Source: the human T2T-CHM13v2.0 reference genome, Homo sapiens. From it: DNA of 64,000 nt. The notes beneath the pieces were generated by a model, which did no database searches, had not been told where the DNA came from, and worked only from the letters and a program-made list of their open reading frames with translations. Location: assembly GCF_009914755.1 (NCBI RefSeq), contig NC_060933.1; one strand, given 5' to 3'. The position numbers were made by a program, and so were the translations under genes. This document shows positions 42,401 to 55,408 of the stretch, piece after piece (position 1 is the first letter of the stretch; each line of letters begins with the position of its first letter).

Positions 42401-45400
42401 CATTCCAGTCCTTTCCATTCCATTCCTCTCGGGTTGATTCCATTCTATTAGTTTCCATTCCATTCCATTCCCTTCCATTCCACTCTGGTTGATTCCATTC
42501 CTTTCCATTCCACTCGAATACATTCCCTCCTATTCCACTAGGAACGATTCCATTCCATTCCATTCCATTCCATTCCATTCCATTCCATTTTGTTCCATTC
42601 CATTCTATTCCGAATCATTCCATTCCATTCCATTCCATTCCATTCCATTCCATTCCATTCCATTCCTTTCCATTCCAGTACGGATGATTCCATTCCATTG
42701 CATACCATTCCATTCCATTCCCCTATACTCGGGTTGATTCCATTCCATTCCATTCCAATCCATGCCATTCCACTCGTGTTGATTCCATTCTTTCCTTTCC
42801 ATTCAAGTTGAATCCATTCCATTGCATTCCACTCCATTCGATTCCATTCGATTGCACTCGGGTTGATTCCATTGCATTGCATTCCATTCCATTCCATTCC
42901 ATTCCATTCCATTCCATTCCATTCCGTTCCATTCCATTTCATTACATTCAGATTGATTCTATTCAATTCCCTTACACTCCATTATATTCCAATCCATTCT
43001 GGTTGTCTCCATTCCATTCCATTAAATTCCGTTGCATTCCATTCCATTACATTCGGATTGATTCTATTCAACTCCCTTACTCCCCATTCCATTCCATTCC
43101 ATTCCACTCCATTCCATTGTGCTCGGTTTGATTCCATTCCTTTCCTTTCCATTCCATTCCATTCCATTCCATTCCGGATGATTCCATTCCATTGCATTCC
43201 GTTCCATTACATTCCCCTGCACTCGGGTTGATTCCATTTCATTCCATTCCATTCCATTCGATTCCATTCCATTCCAATTCTTTCCATTCCATTCTATTCC
43301 GTACCATTCCATTCCATTCCATACAATTCCATTCCATTCCATTCCACTCCATTCCGTTCCGTTCCGTTCTGTTCCGTTCCATTCCATTCCATTCCATTCT
43401 ATTCGGTTTAATTCCATTCCATTCCATTCCATTGCATTCCATTCTATTTCTTTCCTTTGCAATCGAGCTGAATCCATTGCATTCCATTCCATTCCATTCC
43501 ATTCCATTCCATTCCATTCCATTCCATTCCGGAAGATTCCATTCCATTGCATTCCATTCCATTCCATTCCATTCCATTCCATTCCATTCCATTGTACTCG
43601 GGTTGATTCCATTCCATTGCATTCCATTCCATTCCATTCCATTCCATTCCATTCCATTCCATTCCGTTACATTCCATTCCATTACATTCGGATTGATTCT
43701 TTTCAACTCCCTTACTCTCCATTACATTCCATTCCATTCGGGTTGTTCCATTCCATTCCATTCCATTCCATTCCATTCCATTGCACTCGGGTTGATTCCA
43801 TTCCATTCCATTCCATTCCATTCCGGATGATTCCATTCCATTGCATTCCGTTCCATTACATTCCCCTGCACTCGGGTTGATTCCATTCCATTCCTTTCCA
43901 TTCCATTCGATTCTATTCCATTCCCCTGCACTCGCGTTGATTCCATTCCATTCCATTCCATTCCATTCCATTCCTTTCCATTCCGGATGATTCCATTCCA
44001 TTGCATTCCGTTCCATTCCATTCCCCTGCACTCGGGTTGATTCCATTCCATTCCATTACATTACATTCCGTTCCATTCCATTCCATTCCATTCGGATTGA
44101 TTCTATTCAATTCCCTTACACTCCATTACATTCCATTCCATTCGAGTAGTTTCCATTCCATTCCATTCCATTCCTCTCCATTCCATTGCACTCGGGTTGA
44201 TTCCATTCCATTCCGTTCCATTCCATTCCATTCGATTACATTACATTCCATTCCATTCCTTTCCATTGTACTCGGGTTGATTCCATTCCATTCCATTCCA
44301 TTCCATTCCATTCCATTCCATTCCATTCCATTCCGTTCCATTCCATTACATTCGGATTGATTATATTCAACTCCCTTACTCTCCATTACATTCCATTCCC
44401 TTCGGGTTGTTCCATTCCATTCCATTCTATTTCCCTCCATTCCATTGTGCTCGGTTTGATTCCATTCCATTCCATTCCATTCCATTCCATTCCATTCCAT
44501 TCCGGAAGATTCCATTCCATTGCATTCCATTCCATTCCATTCCCCTGCACTCGCGTTGATTCCATTCCATTCCATTCTATTCCATTCCATTCCCTTCCTT
44601 TCCGTTCCATTCCATTCCATTCCATTCCATTCCATTCCATTCCATTCCGTTCCATTCCATTCCATTACATTCGGATTGATTCTATTCAATTCCCTTACAA
44701 TCCATTACGTTCCATTGCATTCGGGTAGTTTCCATTCCATTCCATTCCATTCCTCTCCATTCCATTGAACTCGGGTTGATTCCATTCCATTGCATTCCAT
44801 TCCATTCCATTCAATTCCATTCCGTTCCATTCCATTCCATTACATTCGGATTGATTCTATTCAACTCCCTTACTCTCCATTACATTCCCTTCCATTCGGG
44901 TTGTTCCATTCCATTCCATTCCATTCCACTCCATTCCATTGCACTCGGGTTTATTCCATTCCATTCCATTCCATTCCATTCCATTCCATTCCATTGCATT
45001 CCGGAAGATTCCATTCCATTGCATTCCATTCCATTCCATTCCCCTGCACTCGCGTTGATTCCATTCCATTCCATTCCATTCCAATCGAGTTGATTCCATT
45101 CCATTCCATTCCATTCCATTCGAATCCATTCCATTGCACTCGGGTTGATTCCATTCCATTCCATTCCATTCCATTTCATTCCATTCCATTCCATTACATT
45201 CGGATTGATTCTATTCAATTCCCTTACACTCCATTACATTCCATTCCATTCGGGATGTTTCCATTCCATTCCATTCCATTCCACTCCATTCCATTGCATC
45301 AGGTTGATTGCATTCCATTCCATTCCATTCCATTCCGGATGATTCCATTCCATTGCTTTCCATTCCATTCCATTCCCCTGCACTCGGGTTGATTCCATTC

Positions 45401-47380
45401 CATTCCATTCCATTCCATTCCGTTCCATTCCATTCCATTCCATTCTATTCCGGTTAATTCCATTCCATTCCATTCGATTAAATTCCATTCCATTCCATTC
45501 CATTGCAATCGAGTTGATTCCATTCAATTCCAGTCCATTCCGTTCCGGATGATTCCATTCCATTCCATTCCATTCCATTCCATTCCATTCCCCTGCAGTC
45601 GGGTTGATTCCATTCCATTCCATTGCATTCCATTCCATTCCATTCCATTCCATTCCGTTGCATTCCATTACATTCAGATTGATTCTATTCAACTCCCTTA
45701 CTATCCATTACATTCCATTCCATTCGTGTTGTTCCATTCCATTCCATTCCATTCCACTCCATTCCATTGCACTCGGGTTGATTCCATTCCATTCCATTCC
45801 ATTCCATTCCATTCCATTCCATTCCGGATGATTCCATTCCATTGCATTTCGTTCCATTACATTCCCCTGCACTCGCGTTGATTCCATTCCATTCCATTCA
45901 ATTCCATTCCATTACAATTCGTTCCATTCCATTCTATTCCGTACCATTCCATTCCATTCCATACCATTCCATTCCATTCCCTTCCATTCCATTCCGTTCC
46001 ATTCCGTTCAATTGCATTCCATTCCACTCTATTCGGGTTAATTCCATTCCATTCCATTCCATTCCATTCTATTCCATTCCATTGCAATCGAGTTGAATCC
46101 ATTGCATTTCATTCCATTCCATTCCATTCCATTCCATTCCGGAAGATTCCATTCCATTGCATTCCATTCCCCTGCACTCGCGTTGATTCCATTCCATTCC
46201 ATTCCATTCGATTCCATTCCTTTCCGTTCCATTCCATTCCATTCCATTCTACTTGGGTTAATTCCATTCCATTCCATTCGATTGCAATCGAGTTGATTCC
46301 ATTCCATTCCATTCCATTCCTTTCCATTCCATTACGGATGATTCCATTCCATTGCATTCCATTCCATTCCATTCCCCTGTACTCGGGTTCATTCCATTCC
46401 ATTCCATTCCAATCCATGCCATTCCACTCGTGTTGATTCCATTCTTTCCATTCCATTCAAGTTGAATCCATTCCATTGCATTCCATTCCATTCGATTCCA
46501 TTCGATTGCACTCGGGTTGATTCCATTCCATTGCATTCCATTCCATTCCATTCCATTCCATTCCATTCCATTCCATTCCGTTCCATTCCATTCCATTCCA
46601 TTCGGATTGATTCTATTCAATTCCCTTACACTCCATTACATTCCATTCCATTCGGGTAGTTTCTATTCCATTCCATTCCATTCCTCTCCATTCCATTGCA
46701 CTCGGGTTGATTCCATTCCATTGCATTCCATTCCATTCCATTAAATTCCATTCCGTTCCATTGCATTCCATTACATTCGGATTGATTCTATTCAACTCCC
46801 GTACTCTCCATTACATTCGATTCCATTCGGGTTGTTCCATTCCATTCCATTCCATTCCACTCCATTCCATTGCACTCGGGTTGATTCCATTCCATTCCAT
46901 TCCATTCCGGAAGATTCCATTCCATTGCATTCCATTACATTCCATTCCCCTGCACTCGCGTTGATTCCATTCCATTCCATTCCATTCCATTCCATTCCAT
47001 TCCGTTCCGTTCCGTTCCGTTCCGTTCCATTCCATTCCATTCCATTCCATTCCATTCCGTTCCATTCCGTTCCATTCCATTCCATTCCATTCTATTCGGG
47101 TTAATTCCATTCCATTCCATTCCATTGAAATCGAGTTGATTCCTTTCCATTCCATCCCATTCCATTCCATTCCATTCCATTCCATTCCATTCCATTCCAT
47201 TCCTTTCCATTCCATTACGGATGATTCCATTCCATTGCATTCCATTTCATTCCATTCCCCTGTACTCGGGTTGATTCCATTCCATTCCATTGCAATCCAT
47301 GCCATTCCACTCGTGTTGATTCCATTCTTTCCATTCCATTCAAGTTGAATCCATTCCATTGCATTCCATTCCATTCCTTT

Positions 47381-49215
47381 CCCCTTCAGTCGGGTTGATT
47401 CCATTGCATTCCATTCCATTCCATTCCATTCCGTTCCTTTCCATTTAATTCCATTCCATTCTATTCGGGTTAATTCCATTCCATTCCATTCCATTCCATT
47501 CCATTCCATTCCATTCCATTCCAATCGAGTTGATTCCATTCCATTCCATTCCATTCCATTCCACTCCATTCCATTCCTTTCCATTCCATTCCACTCGGGT
47601 TGATTCCAATGTATTCCTTTCCATTCCATTCCATTCCATTGCAATCGAGTTGATTCCATTGCTTTGCATTCCATTCCATTCCATTCCATTCCGGATGATT
47701 CCATTCCATTGCATTCCATTCCATTCCATTCCCCTGCACTCGGGTTGATTCCATTCCATTCCACTCCATTCCTTTCCATTCCATTCCATTCCGTTTTATT
47801 CGGGTTAATTCCATTCCATTCCATTTAATTCCATTCCATTCCAATCCATTACAATCGAGTTGATTCCATTCCATTCCATTCCATTCCATTCCATTCCATT
47901 CCAGTCATTTCCATTCCATTCCACTCGGGTTGATTCCATTCTATTAGTTTCCATTCCATTCCATTCCCTTCCTTTCCACTCTGGTTGATTCCATTCCTTT
48001 CCATTCCACTCGAATACGTTCCCTCCTATTCCACACTGAACGATTCCATTCTATTCCATTCCATTCCATTCCATTTCGTTCCATTCCATTCTATTCCGTA
48101 CCATTCCATTCCATTCCATTCCTTTCCATTCCATTCCATTCCACTCGTGTTGATTCCATTCCTTTCCATTCCATTCGGTTTGAAGGCATTCCAATCCATT
48201 CAATTCCATTCCATTCCATTCCATTCCATTCCATTCCATTCCATTCTATTCCATTCCATTGTACTCGGGTTGATTCCATTCCATTGCATTCCATTCCATT
48301 CCATTCCCCTTCAGTCGGGTTGATTCCATTCCATTCCATTCCATTCCATTCCATTCCATTCCATTCCGTTCCTTTCCATTTAATTCCTTTCCATTCTATT
48401 CGGGTTAATTCCATTCCATTCCATTCCATTCCATTCCATTCCATTCCAATCGAGTTGATTCCATTCCTTTCCATTCCATTCCATTCCACTCCATTCCAGT
48501 CCTTTCCATTCCATTCCACTCGGGTTGATTCCAATGTATTCCTTTCCATTCCATTCCATTCCATTGCAATCGAGTTGATTCCATTGCTTTGCATTCCATT
48601 CCATTCCATTCCATTCCGAATGATTCCATTCCATTGCATTCCATTCCATTCCATTCCCCTGCACTCGGGTTGATTCCATTCCATTCCACTCCATTCCGTT
48701 CCATTCCATTCCATTCCGTTTTATTCGGGTTAATTCCATTCCATTCCATTCAATTCCATTCCATTCCAATCCATTACAATCGAGTTGATTCCATTCCATT
48801 CCATTCCATTCCATTCCATTCCATTCCATTCCAGTCATTTCCATTCCATTCCACTCGGGTTGATTCCATTCTATTAGTTTCCATTCCATTCCATTCCCTT
48901 CCATTCCACTCTCGTTGATTCCATTCCTTTCCATTCCACTCGAATACGTTCCCTCCTATTCCACTCTGAACGACTCCATTCTATTCCATTCCATTCCATT
49001 CCATTTCGTTCCATTCCATTCTATTTCGTACCATTCCATTCCATTCCATTCCTTTCCATTCCATTCCATTCCACTCGTGTTGATTCCATTCCTTTCCATT
49101 CCATTCGGTTTGAAGGCATTCCAATCCATTCCATTCCATTCCATTCCATTCCATTCCATTCCATTCCATTCCATTCCATTCCATTGTACTCGTGTTGATT
49201 CCTTTCCATTGCATT
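47381..49215 (-). repeat. ~925-930-bp tandem duplication (2 copies)
   Basis: Private variants CCCCTTCAGT (47381/48306), CCGTTTTATT (47791/48716), CCAGTCATTT (47901/48831), CGAATACGTT (48011/48941). Confidence 0.92.
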
Positions 49216-50239
49216 CCATTCCATTCCATTCCATTCCATTCCATTCCGTTCAATTCCATTCCATTACATTCGGATTGATTCTATTCAACTCCCTTACTCT
49301 CCATTCCATTCCATTCCATTCGGGTTGTTCCATTCCATTCCATTCCATTCCACTCCATTCCATTGCACTCGGGTTGATTCCATTCCATTCCATTGCATTC
49401 CATTCCGGATGATTCCATTCCATTGCATTCTGTTCCATTACATTCCCCTGCACTCGCGTTGATTCCATTCCATTCCATTCCATTCCATTCAGTTCCATTC
49501 CATTACAATTCGTTCCATTCCATTCTATTCCGTACTATTCCATTCCATTCCATACCATTCCATTCCATTCCATTCTATTCCATTCCATTCCATTCCGTTC
49601 CATTCCTTTCCATTCCATTCCATTCCATTCTATTCGGGTTAATTCCATTCCATTCCATTCCATTCCATTCTATTCCATTCCATTGCAATCGAGTTGAATC
49701 CATTGCATTTCATTCCATTCCATTCCATTCCATTCCGGAAGATTCCATTCCATTGCATTCCATTCCATTCCATTCTCCTACACTCGTGTTGATTCCATTC
49801 CATTCCATTCCATTCCATTCCATTCCGTTCCGTTCCGTTCCGTTCCATTCCATTCCAATCCATTCCATTCCATTCCGTTCCGTTCCATTCCATTCCATTT
49901 GGGTAATTCCATTCCATTCCATTCGATTAAAATCGAGTTGATTCCATTCCATTCCATTCCATTCCATTCCATTCCATTCCTTTCCATTCCATTACGGATG
50001 ATTCCATTCCATTGCATTCCATTCCATTCCATTCCCCTGTACTCGGGTTGATTCCATTCCATTCCATTCCAATCCATGCCATTCCACTCGTGTTGATTCC
50101 ATTCTTTCCATTCCATTCAAGTTGAATCCATTCCATTGCATTGCATTCCATTCGATTCCATTCGATTGCACTCTTGTTGATTCCATTCCATTCCATTCCA
50201 TTCCATTCCATTCCATTCCATTCCGTTCCATTCCATTCC

Positions 50240-52630
50240 ATTACATTCAGATTGATTCTATTCAATTCCCTTACACTCCATTACATTCCATTCCATCCGG
50301 GTGGTTTTCATTCCATTCCATTCCATTCCTCTCCATTCCATTGCACTCGGGTTGATTCCATTCCATTGCATTCCATTCCATTTCATTCAATTCCATTCCG
50401 TTCCATTCCATTCTATTACATTCGGAATGATTCTATTCAACTCCCTTACTCTCCATTACATTCCATTCCATTAGGGTTGTTGCATTCCATTCCATTCCAT
50501 TCCACTCCATTCCATTGCACTCGGGTTGATTCCATTCCATTCCATTCCATTCCATTCCGGAAGATTCCATTCCATTGCATTCCATTACATTCCATTCCCC
50601 TGCACTCGCGTTGATTCCATTCCATTCCATTCCGTTCCTTTCCGTTCCATTCCATTCCATTCCATTCCATTCCATTCCGTTCCGTTCCGTTCCGTTCCGT
50701 TCCATTCCATTCCATTCAATTCTATTCGGGTTAATTCCATTCCATTCCATTCGATTGCAATCGAGTTGATTCCATTCCATTCCATTCCATTCCCTTCCAT
50801 TCCATTCCATTCCTTTCCATTCCATTACGGATGATTCCATTCCATTGCATTCCATTCCATTCCATTCCCCTGTACTCGGGTTCATTCCATTCCATTCCAT
50901 TCCAATCCATGCCATTCCACTCGTGTTGATTCCATTCTTTCCATTCCATTCAAGTTGAATCCATTCCATTGCATTCCATTCCATTCCATTCCCCTGCAGT
51001 CGGGTTGATTCCATTCCATTCCATTCCATTACATTCCATTCCATTTCATTCCGTTCCGTTCCATTTAATTCCATTCCATTCTATTCGGGATAATTCCATT
51101 CCATTCCATTCCATTCCATTCCATTCCATTGCAATCGAGTTGATTCCATTCCATTCCATTCCACTCCATTCCAGTCCTTTCCATTCCATTCCACTCGGGT
51201 TGATTCCAATGTATTCCTTTCCAGTCCATTCCATTCCATTGCAATCGAGTTGATTCCTTTGCTTTGCATTCCATTCCATTCCATTCCATTCCGGATGATT
51301 CCATTCCATTGCATTCCATTCCATTCCATTCCCCTGCACTCGGGTTGATTCCATTCCATTCCACTCCATTCCGTTCCATTCCATTCCATTGTATTTGGGT
51401 TAATTCCATTCCATTCCATTCCATTCCATTCCATTCCATTCCATTCCATTCCATTACAATCGAGTTGATTCCATTTCATTCCATTCCATTCCATTCCATT
51501 CCATTCCAGTCCTTTCCATTCCATTCCACTCGGGTTGATTCCATTCTATTAGTTTCCATTCCATTCCATTCCCTTCCATTCCACTCTGGTTGATTCCATT
51601 CCTTTCCAATCCACTCGAATACATTCCCTCCTATTCCACTCGGAACGATTCCATTCCATTCCATTCCATTCCATTCCATTCCATTCCATTCGATTCCATT
51701 CCATTCCATTTCTTTCCATTCCATTCTATTCCATACCATTACATTCCATTCGATTGCATTCCATTCCATTCCATTCCATTCCACTCGTGTTGATTCCATT
51801 CCTTTCCATTCCATTCGGTTTGAAGCCATTCCATTCCATTCCATTCCATTGTACTCGGGTTGATTCCATTCAATTGCATTCCATTCCATTCCATTCCATT
51901 CCGTTCCATTCCATTCCATTACATTCGGATTGATTCTATTCAACTCCCTTACTCTCCATTACATTCCATTTCGTTCGGGTTGTTCCATTCCATTCCATTC
52001 CATTCCACTCCATTCCATTGCACTCGGGTTGATTCCATTCCATTCCATTCCATTCCATTCCATTCCGGATGATTCCATTCCATTACATTCTGTTCCATTA
52101 CATTCCCCTGCACTCGCGTTGATTCCATTCCATTCCATTCCATTCCCGACCATTCCATTCCATTCCATTCCATTCCATTCCATTCCATTCCGTTCCGTTC
52201 CATTCCGTTCCATTCCATTCCATTCAATTCGGGTTAATTCCATTCCATTCCATTCCATTCCATTCCATTCCATTCTATTCCATTCCATTGCAATCGAGTT
52301 GAATCCATTGCATTCCATTCCATTCCATTCCATTCCGTAAGATTCCATTCCATTGCATTCCATTACTTTCCATTCCCCTGCACTCGCGTTGATTCCATTC
52401 CATTCCATTCCATTCGGATTCATTCTATTCAATTCCCTTACACTCCATTACATTCCATTCGATTCGTGTAGTTTCCATTCCATTCCATTCCATTCCTCTC
52501 CATTCCATTGCACTCGGGTTGATTCCATTCCATTCCATTCCATTCCATTCCATTCCATTCCATTCCATTCCGGATGATTCCATTCCATTGCATTCCATTG
52601 CATTCCATTCCCCTGCACTCGGGTTGATTC
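50240..52630 (-). repeat. Dispersed direct paralog of ~16290-18660 (offset ~33.95 kb)
   Basis: Shared rare variants in the same order: CCAGTCCATT 17271/51221, GTATTTGGGT 17451/51391, CCTTTCCAAT 17651/51601, GGATTCATTC ~18451/~52417, CGATTCGTGTAG ~18495/~52460. Confidence 0.85.
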
Positions 52631-53390
52631 CATTCCATTCCACTCCACTCCATTCCATTCCCTTCCTTTCCGTTCCATTCCATTCCATTCCATTCGATTG
52701 CCTTGCATTCCACTCGGGTTAATTCCATTCCCTTCTTTCCACTCTATTACATTCCCTTCCATTCAACTCGGAATGATTGATTCCATTTCATTCCATTCCA
52801 TTTCATTCCATTGCAATCCATTCCAATCCATTCCATTCCATTCCATTCCACTCGAGTTGACTTCATTCCATTCCTTTCCATTCCATTCCATTACTTTCCA
52901 TTCCATTCCATTCCTTTCCACTCGAGTTGATTCCATTCCATTCCATTCAATTGCATTCCATTCCATGCCATTCCACTCGGGTTGATTCCATTCCTTTGCA
53001 TTCCATTCCATTCCATTCCATTCCATTCCATTCCATTCCATTCCGTTGCATTCCATTCCATTACATTCGGATTGATTCTATTCAACTCCCTTACTGTCCA
53101 TTACATTCCATTCCATTCGGGTTGTTCCATTCCATTCCATTCCATTCCACTCCATTCCATTGCACTCGGGTTGATTCCATTCCATTCCATTCCTTTCCAT
53201 TCCATTCCATTCCGGATGATTCCATTCCATTGCATTCCGTTCCATTACATTCCCCTTCACTCGCGTTGATTCCATTCCATTCCATTCCATTCCATTCAAT
53301 TCCATTCCATTACAATTCGTTCCATTCCATTCTATTCCGTACCATTCCATTCCATTCCATACCATTCCATTCCATACCATTCCATTCCAT

Positions 53391-53550
53391 TCCATTCCAT
53401 TCCATTCCATTCCATTCCGTTCCATTCCGTTCCATTCCATTCCATTCTTTTCGGGTTAATTCCATTCCATTCCATTCCATTCCATTCTGTTCCATTCCGT
53501 TCCATTCCATTCCATTCTTTTCGGGTTAATTCCATTCCATTCCATTCCAT
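53391..53550 (-). repeat. 70-bp tandem duplication
   Basis: Private variant TCCATTCTTTTCGGGTTAAT at 53441 and 53511. Confidence 0.85.
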
Positions 53551-54530
53551 TCCATTCTATTCCATTCCATTGCAATCGAGTTGAATCCACTGCATTTTAT
53601 TCCATTCCGTTCCTTTCCATTCCATTCCGGAATATTCCATTCCATTGCATTCCATTCCATTCCATTCCCCTGCACTCGCGTTGATTCCATTCCATTCCAT
53701 TCCATTGCATTCCATTCCGTTCCGTTCCATTCCTTTCCATTCCATTCCATTCCATTCCATTCCGTTCCGTTCCGTTCCATTCCATTCCATTCCATTCTAT
53801 TCGGGTTAATTCCATTCCATTCCATTCGATTGCAATCGCGTTGATTCCATTCCATTCCATTCCATTCCATTCCATTCCATTCCATTCCGTTCCTTTCCAT
53901 TCCATTACGGATGATTCCTTTCCATTGCATTCCATTCCATTCCATTCCCCTGTACTCGGGTTGATTCCATTCCATTGTATTCCAATCCATGCCCTTCCAC
54001 TCGTGTTGATTCCATTCTTTCCATTCCATTCAAGTTGAATCCATTCCATTGCATTCCATTCCATTCGATTCCATTCGATTGCACTCGGGTTGATTCCATT
54101 CCATTGCATTCCATTCCATTCCATTCCATTCCATTCCATTCCGTTCCATTCCATTCCATTACATTCGGATTGATTCTATTCAATTCCCTTACACTCCATT
54201 ACATTCCATTCCATTCGGGTAGTTTCCATTCCATTCCATTCCATTCCTCTCCATTCCACTGCACTCGGGTTGATTCCATTCCATTGCATACCATTCCACT
54301 CCATTCAATTCCATTCTGTTCCATTCCATTCCATTACATTCGGATTGATTCTATTCAACTCTCTTACTCTCCATTACATTCCATTCCATTCGGGCTGTTC
54401 CATTCCATTCCATTCCATTCCATTCCATTCCATTGCACTCGGGTTTATTCCATTCCATTCCATTCCATTCCGTAAGATTCCATTCCATTGCATTCCATTC
54501 CATTCCATTCCCCTGCACTCGCGTTGATTC

Positions 54531-55408
54531 CATTCCATTCCATTCCATTCCATTCCATTCCATTCCTTTCCGTTCCATTCCATTCCATTGCATTCCATTC
54601 CATTCCATTCCGTTCCGTTCCGTTCCATTCCATTCCATTCCACTCTATTCGGGTTAATTCCATTCCATTCCATTCGATTGCAATCGAGTTGATTCCATTC
54701 CATTCCATTCCATTCCATTCCATTCCATTCCATTCTTTCCATTCCATTATGGATGATTCCATTCCATTGCATTCCATTCCATTCCATTCCCCTGTACTCG
54801 GGTTGATTCCATTCCATTCCATTCCAATCCATGCCATTCCACTCGTGTTGATTCCATTCTTTCCATTCCATTCAAGTTGAATCCATTCCATTGCATTCCA
54901 TTCCATTCCATTCCCCTGCAGTCGGGTTGATTCCATTCCATTCCATTCCATTCCGTTCCATTCCATTCCATTCCATTCCATTCCATTCCATTCCATTCCT
55001 TTCCGTTCCATTCCATTCCATTGCATTCCATTCCATTCCATTCCGTTCCGTTCCGTTCCATTCCATTCCATTCCACTCTATTCGGGTTAATTCCATTCCA
55101 TTCCATTCGATTGCAATCGAGTTGATTCCATTCCATTCCATTCCATTCCATTCCATTCCATTCCATTCTTTCCATTCCATTATGGATGATTCCATTCCAT
55201 TGCATTCCATTCCATTCCATTCCCCTGTACTCGGGTTGATTCCATTCCATTCCATTCCAATCCATGCCATTCCACTCGTGTTGATTCCATTCTTTCCATT
55301 CCATTCAAGTTGAATCCATTCCATTGCATTCCATTCCATTCCATTCCCCTGCAGTCGGGTTGATTCCATTCCATTCCATTCCATTCCGTTCCATTCCATT
55401 CCATTCCA
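54531..55408 (-). repeat. 433-bp tandem duplication (2 near-identical copies)
   Basis: A private 1-bp deletion plus TATGGATG (CTTTCCATTCCATTATGGATG at 54735/55168) and CACTCTATTCGGG are shared. ORFs starting at 54871 and 55304 have identical N-terminal translations. Confidence 0.93.

Noticed and set aside
23622-54480. Purifying selection on HSE core bases
   Set aside because: There are four core-breaking and five spacer-variant copies, some related by descent. That is too few to separate from neutrality.
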